Positions 37,801 to 50,064 of a DNA stretch of 64,000 nucleotides are shown here, piece after piece; within the stretch, counting starts at the first letter, position 1; each line of letters starts with the position of its first letter. Origin of the DNA: Tubulanus polymorphus (Eukaryota; Animalia; Nemertea); assembly GCF_964204645.1 (NCBI RefSeq), contig NC_134031.1:2604001-2668000 (forward strand), read 5' to 3'. A program made the translations under genes and the position numbers. Below the pieces are notes generated by a model. The model ran no database searches. It saw only the letters and a list, made by a program, of their open reading frames with translations, and was not told the origin of the DNA.

Positions 37801-38252
37801 AAAAATCACTGCACTTCTTTAAGGTCACAAACCATGAAAATTTGGCCTCGAGCAAGCTCACAAGCACCGCAAGGCCAGAGTTAGTAGCTTAACCTTTTGA
37901 CTATAGCCTTATCCTTACCTACATTATCATAATGCATAACCAGAGCCTGACACTCTAGACCCTTAACTGTTAAAAAAGTCGCCATTTTGCTTTTATAGTA
38001 TAAACAAAGTTGTATTGCAACATTAGAGACATTGGAATCATTACGATTTTAGCGAACTACATTGCATTGATTATTAGTTGGGACCGCTAGTCGCGACTAA
38101 CTACAAAAACAGGTCCGTAACTCGTGCTATTCTCGACCCGTTTGATGACTCACCGCTCGAACTTGTCTACGCACGCAGTAACACAGAAAACTCCACAATT
38201 TAGCAGCGAACAAAAAGAAACCACGTAGGCCCATTACAACGTGCTTCAACAT
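34849..38252 (-). CDS. CTDNEP1: CTD nuclear envelope phosphatase 1 (Dullard), 7 exons, 242 aa
   Basis: Minus-strand exons 38154-38252, 37477-37543, 37148-37266, 36545-36616, 35829-35945, 35450-35558, 34849-34994 (729 nt). Translation [43 protein letters not shown] (HAD DxDxT motif)..[47 protein letters not shown]. Confidence 0.97.
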
Positions 38253-39341
38253 TTGGCCGCCAACGACATACACGCACCACTAACTGTTCTTACAATTCTG
38301 GCACGGTACAAAAATTCGATTCGTTGAGCGGGAGAATTTATAAAGCAGCGATTGTTTGTTGTTCTATTTTTTAGCCTGGGAACACGACGATCAACACAGC
38401 ATCACAATCAATCAACAACGAAATTATCTTTAATTTTCTGCAGCTTTCAAATCATTTCTTAAGCTCGTTGCGGTTGGGTTGAACGTTGTCGAGGGATTCA
38501 GAGGTTATTTCATCTCGTTGCACGCGATATTTTCGATAGTAAGCGCCTTAAACATGGATTTGCGGAGAGAATATCGGGAATTGATGAGAAATGAGTAAAA
38601 ACTTGTAAAACGCTGCATCGATGCCTCTATTTCCGGGTTAATTAAAGAGTTCGCCGCTGCAGATGGTGGCAGCACCTTACGGTTGAAATAGCGTTTTCAT
38701 TATTCGCGGGAAATATTCTGAAAAATATTTATGCGCAGAAATATGAAAACATTGATTCTTTTATTGGATCTTTACGTAATTTTGTCATTTATCTGCATTA
38801 AAGAGCTCTTCTCGGAGTATTGAAATTCATTATGAGATCCTTTGAACTAACGTTTCATCACTTTTCTCAAGGTCGTCGAGCCGATGTTTTGACATATCGC
38901 AAACAAAAACATTTAAATGAGTTAAATGAGTTTATTACGTATACAGTTCGTAATTCTGGGACACTTCAACTGTTTCCACTTATATCCGTGAATCATTTGC
39001 GTGTTTCAACAAAAAATATTGGACGTTATGACAAATAGATGCGTCTAAATTATCGGGTAGAACTGTCAGTGTCAGTGTGACTGTGACTCACTGACAAGCC
39101 ATACTTTACTGACTGTTCACTGCCTCACCAAGTAGTGCCAAACTGGGAGAGTGAGAATCTCTCTTGTTGTGTGGTATATGCTCATTCGTGACCCCACGTA
39201 GCATACAGAGCGCTGCGAACTGGCTACTTTCAGGACTGGGTGTGAAACTACTGAGTCTGAGTCGAGGAGTTGATGTGACTTGCCACGCATTCTTGACATT
39301 TTTAAAAATTTATATGAAAGATCCCTAAAAGAGTGATAACA
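38253..39341. promoter_or_regulatory. Divergent (head-to-head) promoter region of CTDNEP1 and WDR38
   Basis: Start codons are 1.09 kb apart on opposite strands. An ETS-like ttccgggt lies at about 38631. Confidence 0.55.
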
Positions 39342-42329
39342 ATGTTTTCCATGCCTTCTGAGTATTCACAAGTCGATTTGAAGCAATTCGTCGGCCACAA
39401 AGATGAGGTAACTGTCCACTTTCTCGTCAGAATAACATAACAGTATTGATGGCTGGATTCTGGTCCAGTTAAACTCAATTATTCGTTAATTCAGTTTGTA
39501 TTGTCTTGATGTATTGTAGGTAAATTGCGTGACGTTTTCACCCGATTTTGAAATTCTAGTCACCGGCTGCGATGATGAACGCGTGCGAATATTTAACGCA
39601 AAAACTGGGAATTTTCTCATCAAACTGAAAGGCCACACGGGTATGTATATATATATAACACCTGTCTCGCATAGGCCTAGTCATAGTTAATTATAGATTT
39701 TTGATGTATATTTGTATTTCAGGTGCAGTTCGACACGTAGCTATTTCACCTGATAGTAAAACTATCGCCAGTGCTTCGTATGATAAAACCGTTATTCTGT
39801 GGCGTACGTGTGATGCAACATTAATGCATGTTCTTAAAGGTAACATTTCAACCACAAAACAGAAACAGAGACCGATTGCTGAAAAGTCTTTTAGAGATGA
39901 TTGGTGATCAAATGCCACAGTTACAACGCAATTTCGATTATCGCTGTGGATTTATCCACAAGTCATTTTTAACCAACTTGAGAAACTGTTGCCTAAACTC
40001 ATTTGGGAACTATATTTGTAACAGGTCATTCGAAGAGTGTTGAAGTTGTAGCGTTTTCGAATGATAGCAGTCGACTTGTTTCTGGGTCCTGGGATCGGAT
40101 CGCCATTGTCTGGGATGTTAAGGTAATGAGATGCTATTATTCGAATTTTCTCTAACAACTTATGCCAGGACTAGAAGAATACTGAACGTTGGAAAAAGAA
40201 TTAGCTCAGTACCTTAAGTTAGTAACCGCTTTCTTCTAAAATGAGTCATTATCTGATTTGAATTGTATAACTGAATGGATTAAAAGGAATCTATAGTAAG
40301 TATAGCTGTGTATAAAGAACTGATTTGATTCATATTTCACAGACTGGTGAAGAGATGATGAGATTGACTGATCATACCGATGCTATACTGGCGGCTGCTT
40401 TCTCATTCAATGGCAGATATCTGGTAAGTAGTGTCGTGTATCGTGCAATCTCCTAGTAAGGACTGCTTCCAGTTGAACTGTTTAAGTGAAAGATTGATCC
40501 TGCGACGTCACTTTATTTTTGGGACATTTTAGTTTAGGTGAATCTCAACAAATTTGTAAATGATGGCTGATAAACTACTCTGTGACAATTGTGTGGATGT
40601 TCGAGTCCTACAGTTAACGCCCCACTTTGGTAATTTAGAATTTTGGTGGTTAAGAGAGTATGGCGGTATATCAGCAGTTATTTTGACTAAGTTTCAATAC
40701 ATTGGCCTATGTTCTGTTCTCAGAAGATAAAAACTGACATCAGGCGGGTTTGGCTGGAGGTTGACTGTTGTTTTAAAGACTTGTTTCCATTTGATCTCGT
40801 TTTCATTGTTTTCTAACCCTTTCACTTGTATTGTTTATATTTTCAGGCGACTGGCTCGTGGGATTACTCGGTCAGACTGTGGACTTTCTCCGAAACCCAT
40901 GATGAAATCATAAACAGTCGGGAATTAATCGGTCATTCGCGTAACATACAATCAGTGGCTTTCTCAAAAGATGGAATGCTGGTATGTATTTCATTTTCCA
41001 TGGTAGTCAAGTACCTAGCCGTTGTTCCCCAAACAACGGCTAGGTACTAGTTTGTAGGGAACCGTAACAAAGACTGGTATTCAGACTATAGATATGGTTG
41101 TCTTGAAATTAACTTATATCGTCTCTGTAGACTCTGGAAACTTCCAAGTTTGCAATTTAAAGCATTACCCGGTATCTATATTATCAGAAATGGCCGCCAC
41201 CCGGGAATTATATATTCTACGAATGGCCTCGCTGTAATATTCGGTTTGTATATATTAATCTCACAGGCTTCAGGATCGTGGGATAAAACAATTCGACTGT
41301 GGAACTCACGTAATGGTAAACTATTACACGTATTGATCGGACACGAAGGTTGGATTCGAGCCGTATCGTTCTCATTAGACGGATATTACCTCGCTAGTTC
41401 AGCTGATGATTCTACTGTACGCATGTGGGATGTTGTTTCCGGTGAATGTATCAGCGTTCTTCAGGTGAGAATCCACTCGACTCAGTAAACTCTTCGCGCC
41501 ATGTTGTTACGCTCGTAGTATTGTAATCTGTTCGTGGTTCACTTTCACGATTCAGAGGCCAGTTGCTCAAAATTGGTTGAAGATAACCTTTGGATAAATA
41601 CCATAGAAACAATGAACTATTTAATAACTGTTACTATGTCAACTATCCACTGTTTAACTCTAACCAACTTATGAGCATTTGGTCCCAGATATTTTTGTTG
41701 GTAAAACCCATCTGATTAAAAAGCTTACCACCAATGCAGGGCGCATTCTAAGGAATGAAAGCCACTTGCCCGGGGGACAAGCATATCTGAAATTTCGCTT
41801 GCCCCCTCTAAAAAGCTACTTGCCCTACACAGTCAGTCCGATTGGTGGCACTATCATCCGTTGTATCGAGTGGGAAAAAAGCTTTGTGACATGAAATTGC
41901 ACTAGCCCGGGGGACAAGTGATGATGATAACCTACTTGCCCCGATGAGAATATACTTGTCCCGGGCAATCGGAAAAGTGCTTAGATCGGACCCTGCAATG
42001 ATTAGGTAACTAACTACCTTGCTCAGTGGTATTACTTCTTTAAATCAGTGAATGTATTATTGATTCCTAATGCACTGTTTCCTTAATGAACGTTTAAGTG
42101 TACAGTGAAACCGCTTACGTTGTCATAGTTGGGCCGATCATTAATATGGCGGCAATAATGGCTTTATCTCAATCACTTGAAAAACCTTTAGACTACCAAT
42201 TTTTCTTGATTTTGCTTTGTTTTCTTTTAACAGGCTGAACAGACCGATGGTGCTCAACACTGTGGGTTTTCTAAAGGAGGTGCATTAGTAGCTTCAGGAT
42301 CCGCCTCAACTTCTCTAATACTGACATAG
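39342..42329 (+). CDS. WDR38: WD40 repeat protein, WDR38-like, 8 exons, about 303 aa
   Basis: Exons 39342-39407, 39520-39640, 39723-39839, 40025-40122, 40343-40423, 40847-40981, 41267-41464, 42234-42329 (912 nt, in frame). Seven GH..WD repeats (GHKDEVNCVTFSPD, GHSKSVEVVAFSND, ATGSWDYSVRLW, ASGSWDKTIRLW). Repeat order and size resemble WDR38 as I recall it. The start could be the second Met at 39351. Confidence 0.85.
41557..41686. mobile_element. MITE of about 125 bp, copy 3 (opposite orientation), in the last WDR38 intron
   Basis: ggccagttgctcaaaattggtt ... aaccaacttatgagcatttggtcc. The interior is the reverse complement of copy 1. Confidence 0.75.
41737..41995. mobile_element. Non-autonomous TIR element with internal ACTTGCCC repeats and 5-bp TSD CAATG
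   Basis: caatg|cagggcgcattctaag ... cttagatcggaccctg|caatg. Confidence 0.75.
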
Positions 42330-42659
42330 AATACGCCAAGCTTAGCTTACGTCTGCCTGGGTCCTTAGACTTTCGGACTGTATTTGTTAATCATGTTATC
42401 AGTGAATGTGTAATATTGTGATATGTAAGTTATGTAGAATATTGACTATCAATCCCTCCGTCCCATTTTGTTAAATCGTCTTATTTTATAGAATGTACCT
42501 TGCTAAATTGTTTTAAGATAAAGTATTGGTAACTAAATCGCAATAACTCTTGTTTTGTCTGGAATTGCTAAGTGAGGGAACTACACTGAAGAACATCATT
42601 CCAAAAGCCGTTTGATTTAGGTGGTCTATATACAAATGATACATAGATTCAAAACGGCA

Positions 42660-42828
42660 TACACGGATTCGAACCAACCTGGATATGTTTTAAGGATTCG
42701 AACTCGCTGGCGTTTTAGTGACGTCACGGGTTCAGCGACATGTAACTGATCACCAACCCATTACACGTTTACTTCCGGCTTTTACTTCCGGGTTCGAGTT
42801 GGCGTTTCCAAAATCAAATCAAGCCAGA
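42660..42828 (+). promoter_or_regulatory. OSTC proximal promoter (CRE plus tandem ETS sites)
   Basis: Palindromic GTGACGTCAC at 42718-42727 and two ACTTCCGG (about 42771 and 42784) just upstream of the ATG. Confidence 0.6.
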
Positions 42829-43956
42829 ATGGAATCGTTGTATAGCATCCCATTCCGTGTGCTGGAATGCCCGAACCTGAAGATTAAGAGGCCCAGCTGG
42901 GTGAAGGTGCCTTCAGCGATGTTCGTGTTCGCGTTGATTCTCGGCTCATATTTCCTGGTTACTGGTGGTAGGCTTTTAGTTTTGTATTTTCATTTTGTTT
43001 GGCTATTTTCAATTCAATTTTATTGGCCCAGGGTTAGGATTAGCGTATTAACTTTCCGGGACCGTTGGAGTGAATGCAGGTGTCCCTAATTGTTATTGGA
43101 GCGACTTAAGAATAGGGGACTATAGCATTATGTAAAGTAATTAAATAAGTAATGATAATTATATATGATACTAGTAATATAGTAATTAATGGAGATTAAG
43201 GGACTAACTCTAAACCTACCGGTAATCCTAACCTTTACCCTAATGACCTAGATTCCCCTATTCTTGTTAGTACCTAACCCTTGATTTTAACCCTTACCCT
43301 TTTTACAGAATTATACCATTCACTTTATGCCTGCAGCAGTGCTTTTTACCATTCCAGGCGGAATGGTAAAATGTAAATAATGTTGCTTCTATTCTGTTCA
43401 TTTATTTCTAGGCATAATTTATGATGTAATTGTGGAGCCACCCAGTATCGGGTCAACAACGGATGAACGAGGAAATTCAAAACCTGTACGTTGAAATAAG
43501 TCTATATCAATCGACTCATGATGACAAATATTTACGTTGATCTTTGACTCAATGTTTCAGGTGGCGTTTATGCCTTACAGAATCAACGGCCAGTACATCA
43601 TGGAAGGCCTAGCATCGAGTTTCCTGTTCACGATCGGTGGTTTAGGGTTTATCATTCTCGACCAGACGAACAAGGCCGGAACGCCGAAATTGAATCGTAT
43701 TTTACTACTTAGCGTTGGATTCATCTGCATTCTCGTGTCGTTCTTCATGTGCAGAGTTTTCATGAGAATGAAATTACCGTAAGTATTCTAATAATTGATA
43801 ATGCCGAATTTTGATGGTTTAATGCTTTAGAGTAGTCTTACTACTCACAAGGTAGAGCATTAAAAATCTACCATCTTCATTAAACATTAGTTACATTCTA
43901 TGTATTAATATGGCTACAATTGTTTGTATATTTTCAGAGGTTACCTGATAAACTAA
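42829..43956 (+). CDS. OSTC: Oligosaccharyltransferase complex subunit OSTC (DC2), 4 exons, 149 aa
   Basis: Exons 42829-42967, 43412-43485, 43561-43778, 43938-43956 (450 nt). Translation [90 protein letters not shown] at about 44037. Confidence 0.97.
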
Positions 43957-44190
43957 AACCATTCTGCGACGACTACTTTCTACTAATGTATGCTGATTTC
44001 TATTACATGCATTTTGTAATTTATTTCCTTTATTGTAATAAAAAAATTAGAATGAAATACTATACATCTGAATACAAGTGTTCTACATTGTGTTAGAATC
44101 GGATTTTTTTCTGAATGACGAGGACAAAGAAGAACGACCGTATGACATCTTCCAGAAATTGTTCGTATGATTTCGAACGTTCTGGATGGT

Positions 44191-44333
44191 GAATCCGAAT
44201 CCCGAATCCCGAATCCCGAATCCCGAATCCCGAATCCCGAATCCCGAATCCCGAATCCCGAATCCCTCTCCCTCTCCCTCTCCCTCTCCCTCTCCCTCTC
44301 CCTCTCCCTCTCCCTCTCCCTCTCCCTCTCCCT
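44191..44333. repeat. Compound microsatellite (GAATCCC)x10 + (CCCTCT)x about 11
   Basis: Perfect repeats about 150 bp downstream of the OSTC poly(A) signal. Confidence 0.97.
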
Positions 44334-45167
44334 GCTAAATTAAAACTCAAATCTAACTCATCGATCGGAAATTAATTTTATATTTATTTTGAAATAAATC
44401 AGTTTTATTTTCATGTTATTAATATTGAGTCTAGTCCTACAGTAGTTTGGAGTTCGTTGGACGAGTTGCAGTTTAGGACTAGGACTCAGAGTACAGCAGC
44501 CTCGGACCCCAGTCACTGACCAGTCCATCACTGACCCGGGGCTGCATTTGCTCAAAACCATCAGATGAATACCACACAGAAACAATGAACTTTTAATTGT
44601 CACTGTGTCAACTGGTCAACTGCTTACAATTCAATAGTGATTTGGCTTCAACCGGTTTGCTCGGCTACCCGTACTGGCGGGGTAGTCTAGAGAGGCTAAT
44701 GAAAACTCCGGTTTGCTGAACCACCCCTCTTTGCGGGGATGCGGTATGATGTTTGATCTGACAGTTTCAAGTGGTTAATGGCTGTTTCAAGTGCTTACAA
44801 CGATGCTTATTACTTCGTGGTACATGGTGGTTTAAAAAAAGATTTCATAATAATACGCTCACCGCGTGGGCTTCGTAGAAAGACCCCTGCCTGTGGCCTT
44901 CCCAAATTTTAATTGTCCTGTCCGATTTGGTTTCGTCCAATTGAGAGACTGCCTTTTCCAGTTAGGGCATTTTTGGATCACATAACTCAGGAAATGACTG
45001 ACGCTTTTGGGCCCATTCGTCGGTTCCACATGTTTCATTTGAGCTATAGACCACAATGGTGACACCATGATGACCAATTGAGATATCCCCGAGTCTGACC
45101 ACTTGACTTCGAATTTCGGAAATTTTTCAAGTCATGTTTGTTTTCAAACTACTGAAGAATCATTGCA

Positions 45168-45391
45168 AATTCATAAACTGACCATCACTGACCACCACTG
45201 ACAAATTCAAACTCCTTGAATTTGAAAACTATATACCGCGTTATGGTGTCAAACTAGAAAGGCTTCGCCATAAATATTGAGAATTCATAAATTGACCATC
45301 ACTGACCACCACTGACCAATTCATGCTTCTCGAATATGAGAACGATATACATGTACCACGTTACGGTGTCAAACTAGAAAGGATTCGCCAT
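45168..45391. repeat. Direct duplication of about 115 bp
   Basis: aattcataaa.tgaccatcactgaccaccactgac...gtta.ggtgtcaaactagaaagg.ttcgccat occurs twice. Confidence 0.85.
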
Positions 45392-45393
45392 CA

Positions 45394-45740
45394 TCAGGAC
45401 ACCCCTGTACATCCTCATATTCAGCATCAGGACCACTCTGAATCAGTAATTACAGGGTTCGAACCCGGGACACCCCGGTACATCCTCCATTAAGCATCAG
45501 GGCCACTCGTTCAAACCCAGTAATTGCTGATACTGATTCAGAGTGGTCCTGATGCTGAATAGAGAATGTACAGGGGTGTCCCAGGTTCAAACCCAGTAAT
45601 TACTGATACTGATTCAGAGTGGTCCTGATGCTGAATGGAGGATGTACAGGGGTGTCCCGGGTTCGAACCCAGCAATTACTGATGCTGATTCAGAGTGGTC
45701 CTGATGCTAAATATATAGAGGTTGTACAGGGGTGTCCTGA
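45394..45740. repeat. 76-bp satellite with an internal orientation switch (foldback)
   Basis: About 1.6 units in one orientation (45394-45508), then 3 units reversed (starting at 45509, 45585, 45661). The outer ends tcaggacacccctgtaca / tgtacaggggtgtcctga are perfect inverted repeats. Confidence 0.88.
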
Positions 45741-47790
45741 ATCAGTTATCAGTAATTACTTTTGTTAAGATATCAACATTGTACCGTACGGTGCTGTCTC
45801 TACGCTCATCGTTAGCGGGATTTTTATACACTAACGTTAGTCAACTCTGTATCTTCATAAAGATAAAAAAGCATATTTTTAGTGGTAAATTAGAAATTCC
45901 CTTAGCCGAATGGCTATTATATAGTTCACTGTGTATAAGGACCAAAAGACCTTGTTATGACCGGACCTCCCTGGTGCGGTGCGAGTCATGACGCTAGAAA
46001 ATAGTTTGAAGGAGAGGGGTTAGTAAAAGAGAGCTATTAGCAAGAGGAATAAGACCTAAGTTTAGGATGTCCTGTCACAATAAGGCTTTCAATCTGATAT
46101 ACACAGTGAAATTGAAATATTCCCCCTTCCAAATCCAGGAATGTATTTGTGCACAGATTCGATCGGAAGTAAATCTGCGTTTTTGGCAATATGATTTTGG
46201 CAATATGTATCAAAACTAATACAGCTGTGTGAAGACACCATAGGTTCACTTAGATACAGATAAATAAATGTGCTTAGATACACATGTATCAGCTACATTT
46301 TAAATGTCCATGGAATTAGAAATAATTTCACATAACAATTGAATTAACCTTAATCGATCTAAGTAATACGTTAATGAGTAATTCATCTTAGATTCTAATT
46401 TTCAGTTAAACTATATCTAATATGCGTCACTTGACACACAGTATGGCTTTTAGATATTAATTGAATCAGTTAGGTTTGAGTAAATTTTGCCAATAATGAA
46501 AAGCATGGCTAGTCGTCGTAAGCGCGGCAGTTGGCGTTACAAAACTGATCAGTCAATGAGACTGATTCACTTATAGATGTGCTCAAATATATTGTATATT
46601 TCAGCTACATTTCAATAAATATTTATGATATAAAAAGTTTTTGATCTAACATCAAATATTGAATTCATCTTAATTGTGAATATCTAAGCCATTTTTCCTG
46701 GCTGTATGCTAATTGTCAGTCAAACAACAATTATCATGCGTCAGCCAAAACAAGACGCAGTGTTTCAGGAATGAATTAAATCAATTAAAGCTTTGGTTTA
46801 TTCTGGATTTATCAAAGTGTTGAGACCAAATCACTGTTTCATAAAGACCTGTAGTCCATAGTTTTCTCCATATAACACCAGACCTCGATAGAGCCCTAGA
46901 CACTATCTTATGAAATTCATAACTGTTATGTGTGAGGCAGCACACAGTATATATTGTATGGCCTCAATCTTAATAAATTTATCAATATATTATTTGTAAA
47001 GAAATATCTATCAACCAACGATAAAGTTTAATTGATATATCTTTTAGTAAAAATTGTCCTATCTAGATCTTGATTGTCAGTTAAACAATAGTCATATGAG
47101 GCCTGAAATATCTACGGTACATTCGAATAATTTCAAATGTCAAATAAGATATTGAATTTACCTTAATTGTACGTACTTACAAAATCTTTTAATCAATAAC
47201 TGACCAATCTACATTTTAATTATCAGACCACAGAATATTTAAAGGACCTCACTCAATCATTTCGTCAAATATTGTAAATATTCAAGCAATCATTGCCTAG
47301 CTATATTTCAATTTACTACCGGCCACAGAGCCTCAATAAAGTAGTGCGGAGATGGTGAGCTTGACCAGCGCCTATGCATTCTACCCCAGATATGAAAAAT
47401 CAACTTAGCTTTATGTATGTATGTATTCCTGTTGCCATGCGGGATGAGCCATGCAAGACTGCCAGGTTTGGTTGCGACAGTTCTTTGCGACAGGTGTTTG
47501 GTGGTACTTCAAGGTGGAGTCTTTTGTGGGCACTTCTGGTGGGCAGATTTTAGATGGGCCTTCCCGGATTAACCTGAAATGAGTAAAAGAACGATATTCT
47601 GTAGTTACACAATCCTTTCCGTATCACGCATCGTAATTTACATGTGTATCAACTTAACTTTCAATATTGCTGAGTTCAGTGTTCTTTTTTGGCATCGTCT
47701 TCGTTGTAGTCACCTTCAGCATCTTCTTCAACTTCTTCTTGGGAGTCCTGAAATGAAAAAAAAGAGAAGAGCGATGAAAACCTGGTACGG

Positions 47791-48562
47791 AACAAAACTA
47801 ATGTTCGAAAGCTTTTCAGCTCTCCGTCGCCGGTCACATGCCGAGAACACCAGACAATGAGCCAGCCAGGAATATACTGCCCTCTACACGCCCTCACACA
47901 GAACGCGAAAACCAGAATGACAACGCCTCACATTCCCCATCTAACTGCAGGATGTACTGGGCGACGTCAGTAACTGACAAACCTGTAAAATTGCACGAAA
48001 CACAAATAGCGCAGTACAACCAGCTTGACCGGGTTGAGATTCAGGATCTCAACTAGCACTCAAAAGCGTGACAAGAGACTTCATCCACTGACCGAGGTTG
48101 TCACAAGGACACAATGGAACTAGCACTCACAAGCCGACAAGAGACTTCATCCACTGACCGGGGTTGTCACAAGGACACAATGAAAACTAGCACTCAAACT
48201 AGAAATCAAAGAGCGTGACAGTAGAATCATCCCTCAGCCTACTCAGAATACCAGAAACAAAGAGCGTGACAGTAGAATCATCCCTCATCCGGGCGGTCAC
48301 AAGGACACAATGAATGCTAGTAGCGTGACAATCCAGTATAACCGCTCCATTTGTATCCCGCGCAATCCCGCAGATATGCCCGTCATTGACATCACTCAGC
48401 ACACTTTGTAGATAGGTGGGGGCAGTGAGGCCTCGTCATCCTGGTTTTCGTGTTCCGTATGAGGGCGTGTAGAGGGCAGAATTTCCTGACCGACTCTTTG
48501 TCTGACATCCTCGACACGTGACCGGCGAAGGAGAGCTGACGCTTTCGGACAATAGTTTTGTT
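47791..48562. mobile_element. Two degenerate LINE (RTE-like) ORF2 3'-end fragments in inverted orientation, separated by tandem repeats of about 65 bp
   Basis: Arms about 47791-48015 (+) and about 48340-48562 (-) align with each other. The minus arm translates as KTIVRKRQLSFAGHVSRMSDKESVRK, like the R..GHV.RM motif after the RT domain of RTE-group LINEs. Both arms are frameshifted. Confidence 0.7.
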
Positions 48563-50064
48563 ACAGCAAATGTTGAAATTCGACAGAGAAATCGGCCCTG
48601 AAAAACAAAACGGGTTAATTGCTGAAAAATAGAACGGATTAATTAACACAGAACAGTACAGGACAGCACAGAGACGAACAGTAACACATAAAACATAAAG
48701 ACGTCGTTCCTCAGGAAGCAGGAACAGGAGCAGGAGCGGGAGCGCAGCGAAAATCGCCAGGAGGAGAATCCACGGTAGCATGTTCACAGTGTGAGTAAGC
48801 TGAGGTGAATGGTCTATGCTTGTGTACACCGTGGTCAGCCGGTGACGTATTCAATAGCGCGTGTCAGAATGATATCAACAACTCTGAAAACCCGCAATTG
48901 TGTCTCTATTGTTGAATGGATTTACATTATGAGGTTCCACCGCCGGGTTGGATATACGCGCCAGTAGTCAGCTGAACAATATAGTGGAGGAACTTTAATA
49001 AGGCCATGAAATAAATTACTTGATTCCCAACAGCTACTTCCGAATTTATAAGCATCCGCCTGTTTTTTTTTCTTAAATTCTAGAATAATTTATAAATTAT
49101 ACCGACCGATAGCACTTCCAGTACAGATTCACACCAACACAGGTCTTCCTATCATAGAAACCGCGTAAACATTTACTAATGAAATTAGTTTATTAGTCAC
49201 GGACAGTTCATGCACCCCGAGATAACTACCTCACATGCACGAGGAAAGCGGTCTATTTGAGTCATTGGGGGAAAACCCACTAATACCATGTATTCACGAT
49301 TATTCATCATTCATACTATTATCACAGAATCCCGTCAATAGACAGATTTTCATTACAAAAAACTCCTCGATTCAATTGAGGGGAGATATATGAGGCATTT
49401 TTAATTACTTGGAGCCAGAAAATGAACGATCATGAAATGCGGCTTGAAGGTGAACTTTTTTGGGCGCGAAAAAATTGGACAAAACGAACGTAAAGTCAAA
49501 GACACATGCTAAACATCTAATATGATAGAAAACCATTCAATAAACATGTGAAGGGGCAACGGGTTGTTAATTTTCGGGTTTTAGGATCGCTAGCCCTGTT
49601 ACGTTAGAGATTATGTACTTTATATTATACTGAATGTCTCAATGCGTCAATATTCCCTGAACGCTACAAAAGCGGTCGTCACCTTAATAGTTATGAACGA
49701 CCTACATATGTATCTACGGAGGTCAATCGCTGAGTGCTGGTACTTAAGTAATTAAAAACTAATTAAAAATTAAGTAATCTTTATTACTTTAAACTTTAAA
49801 CTCTTTTCTCTCATGGACCCCTTTCGGTGAGGCCAGTGAACCCCGACCGCCACCCGCCTACCGCCAGGCTTTCTCAATGTACTCCTCTATACAAATTCAT
49901 AAAAATTAACCCCATGATATTTTGTGAATATTCTTTGTAAATATTCTGAAAATTACACAAAATCATTTTGTTATCCTTAATTCAGGTATTTAAACTACCC
50001 GCGCGACGCGGCCCGCGAGTTTTGACGAAATACGTCCGTGACTATGGAATACCTCAAGGGCCAT

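Noticed and set aside
42718-42828. N-terminally extended OSTC from the ORF track
   Set aside because: It begins at a GTG within a CRE site. The conserved protein starts at ATG 42829.
43030-43300. Interstitial telomeric repeats (ctaaccct-like words in OSTC intron 1)
   Set aside because: Scattered and imperfect, and associated with a small inverted-repeat element (aagaatagggga/tcccctattctt), not a TTAGGG array.
44093-44350. RG-repeat (RGG-like) protein ORF
   Set aside because: It is the translation of the (AGAGGG)n/(GGGATTC)n microsatellite.
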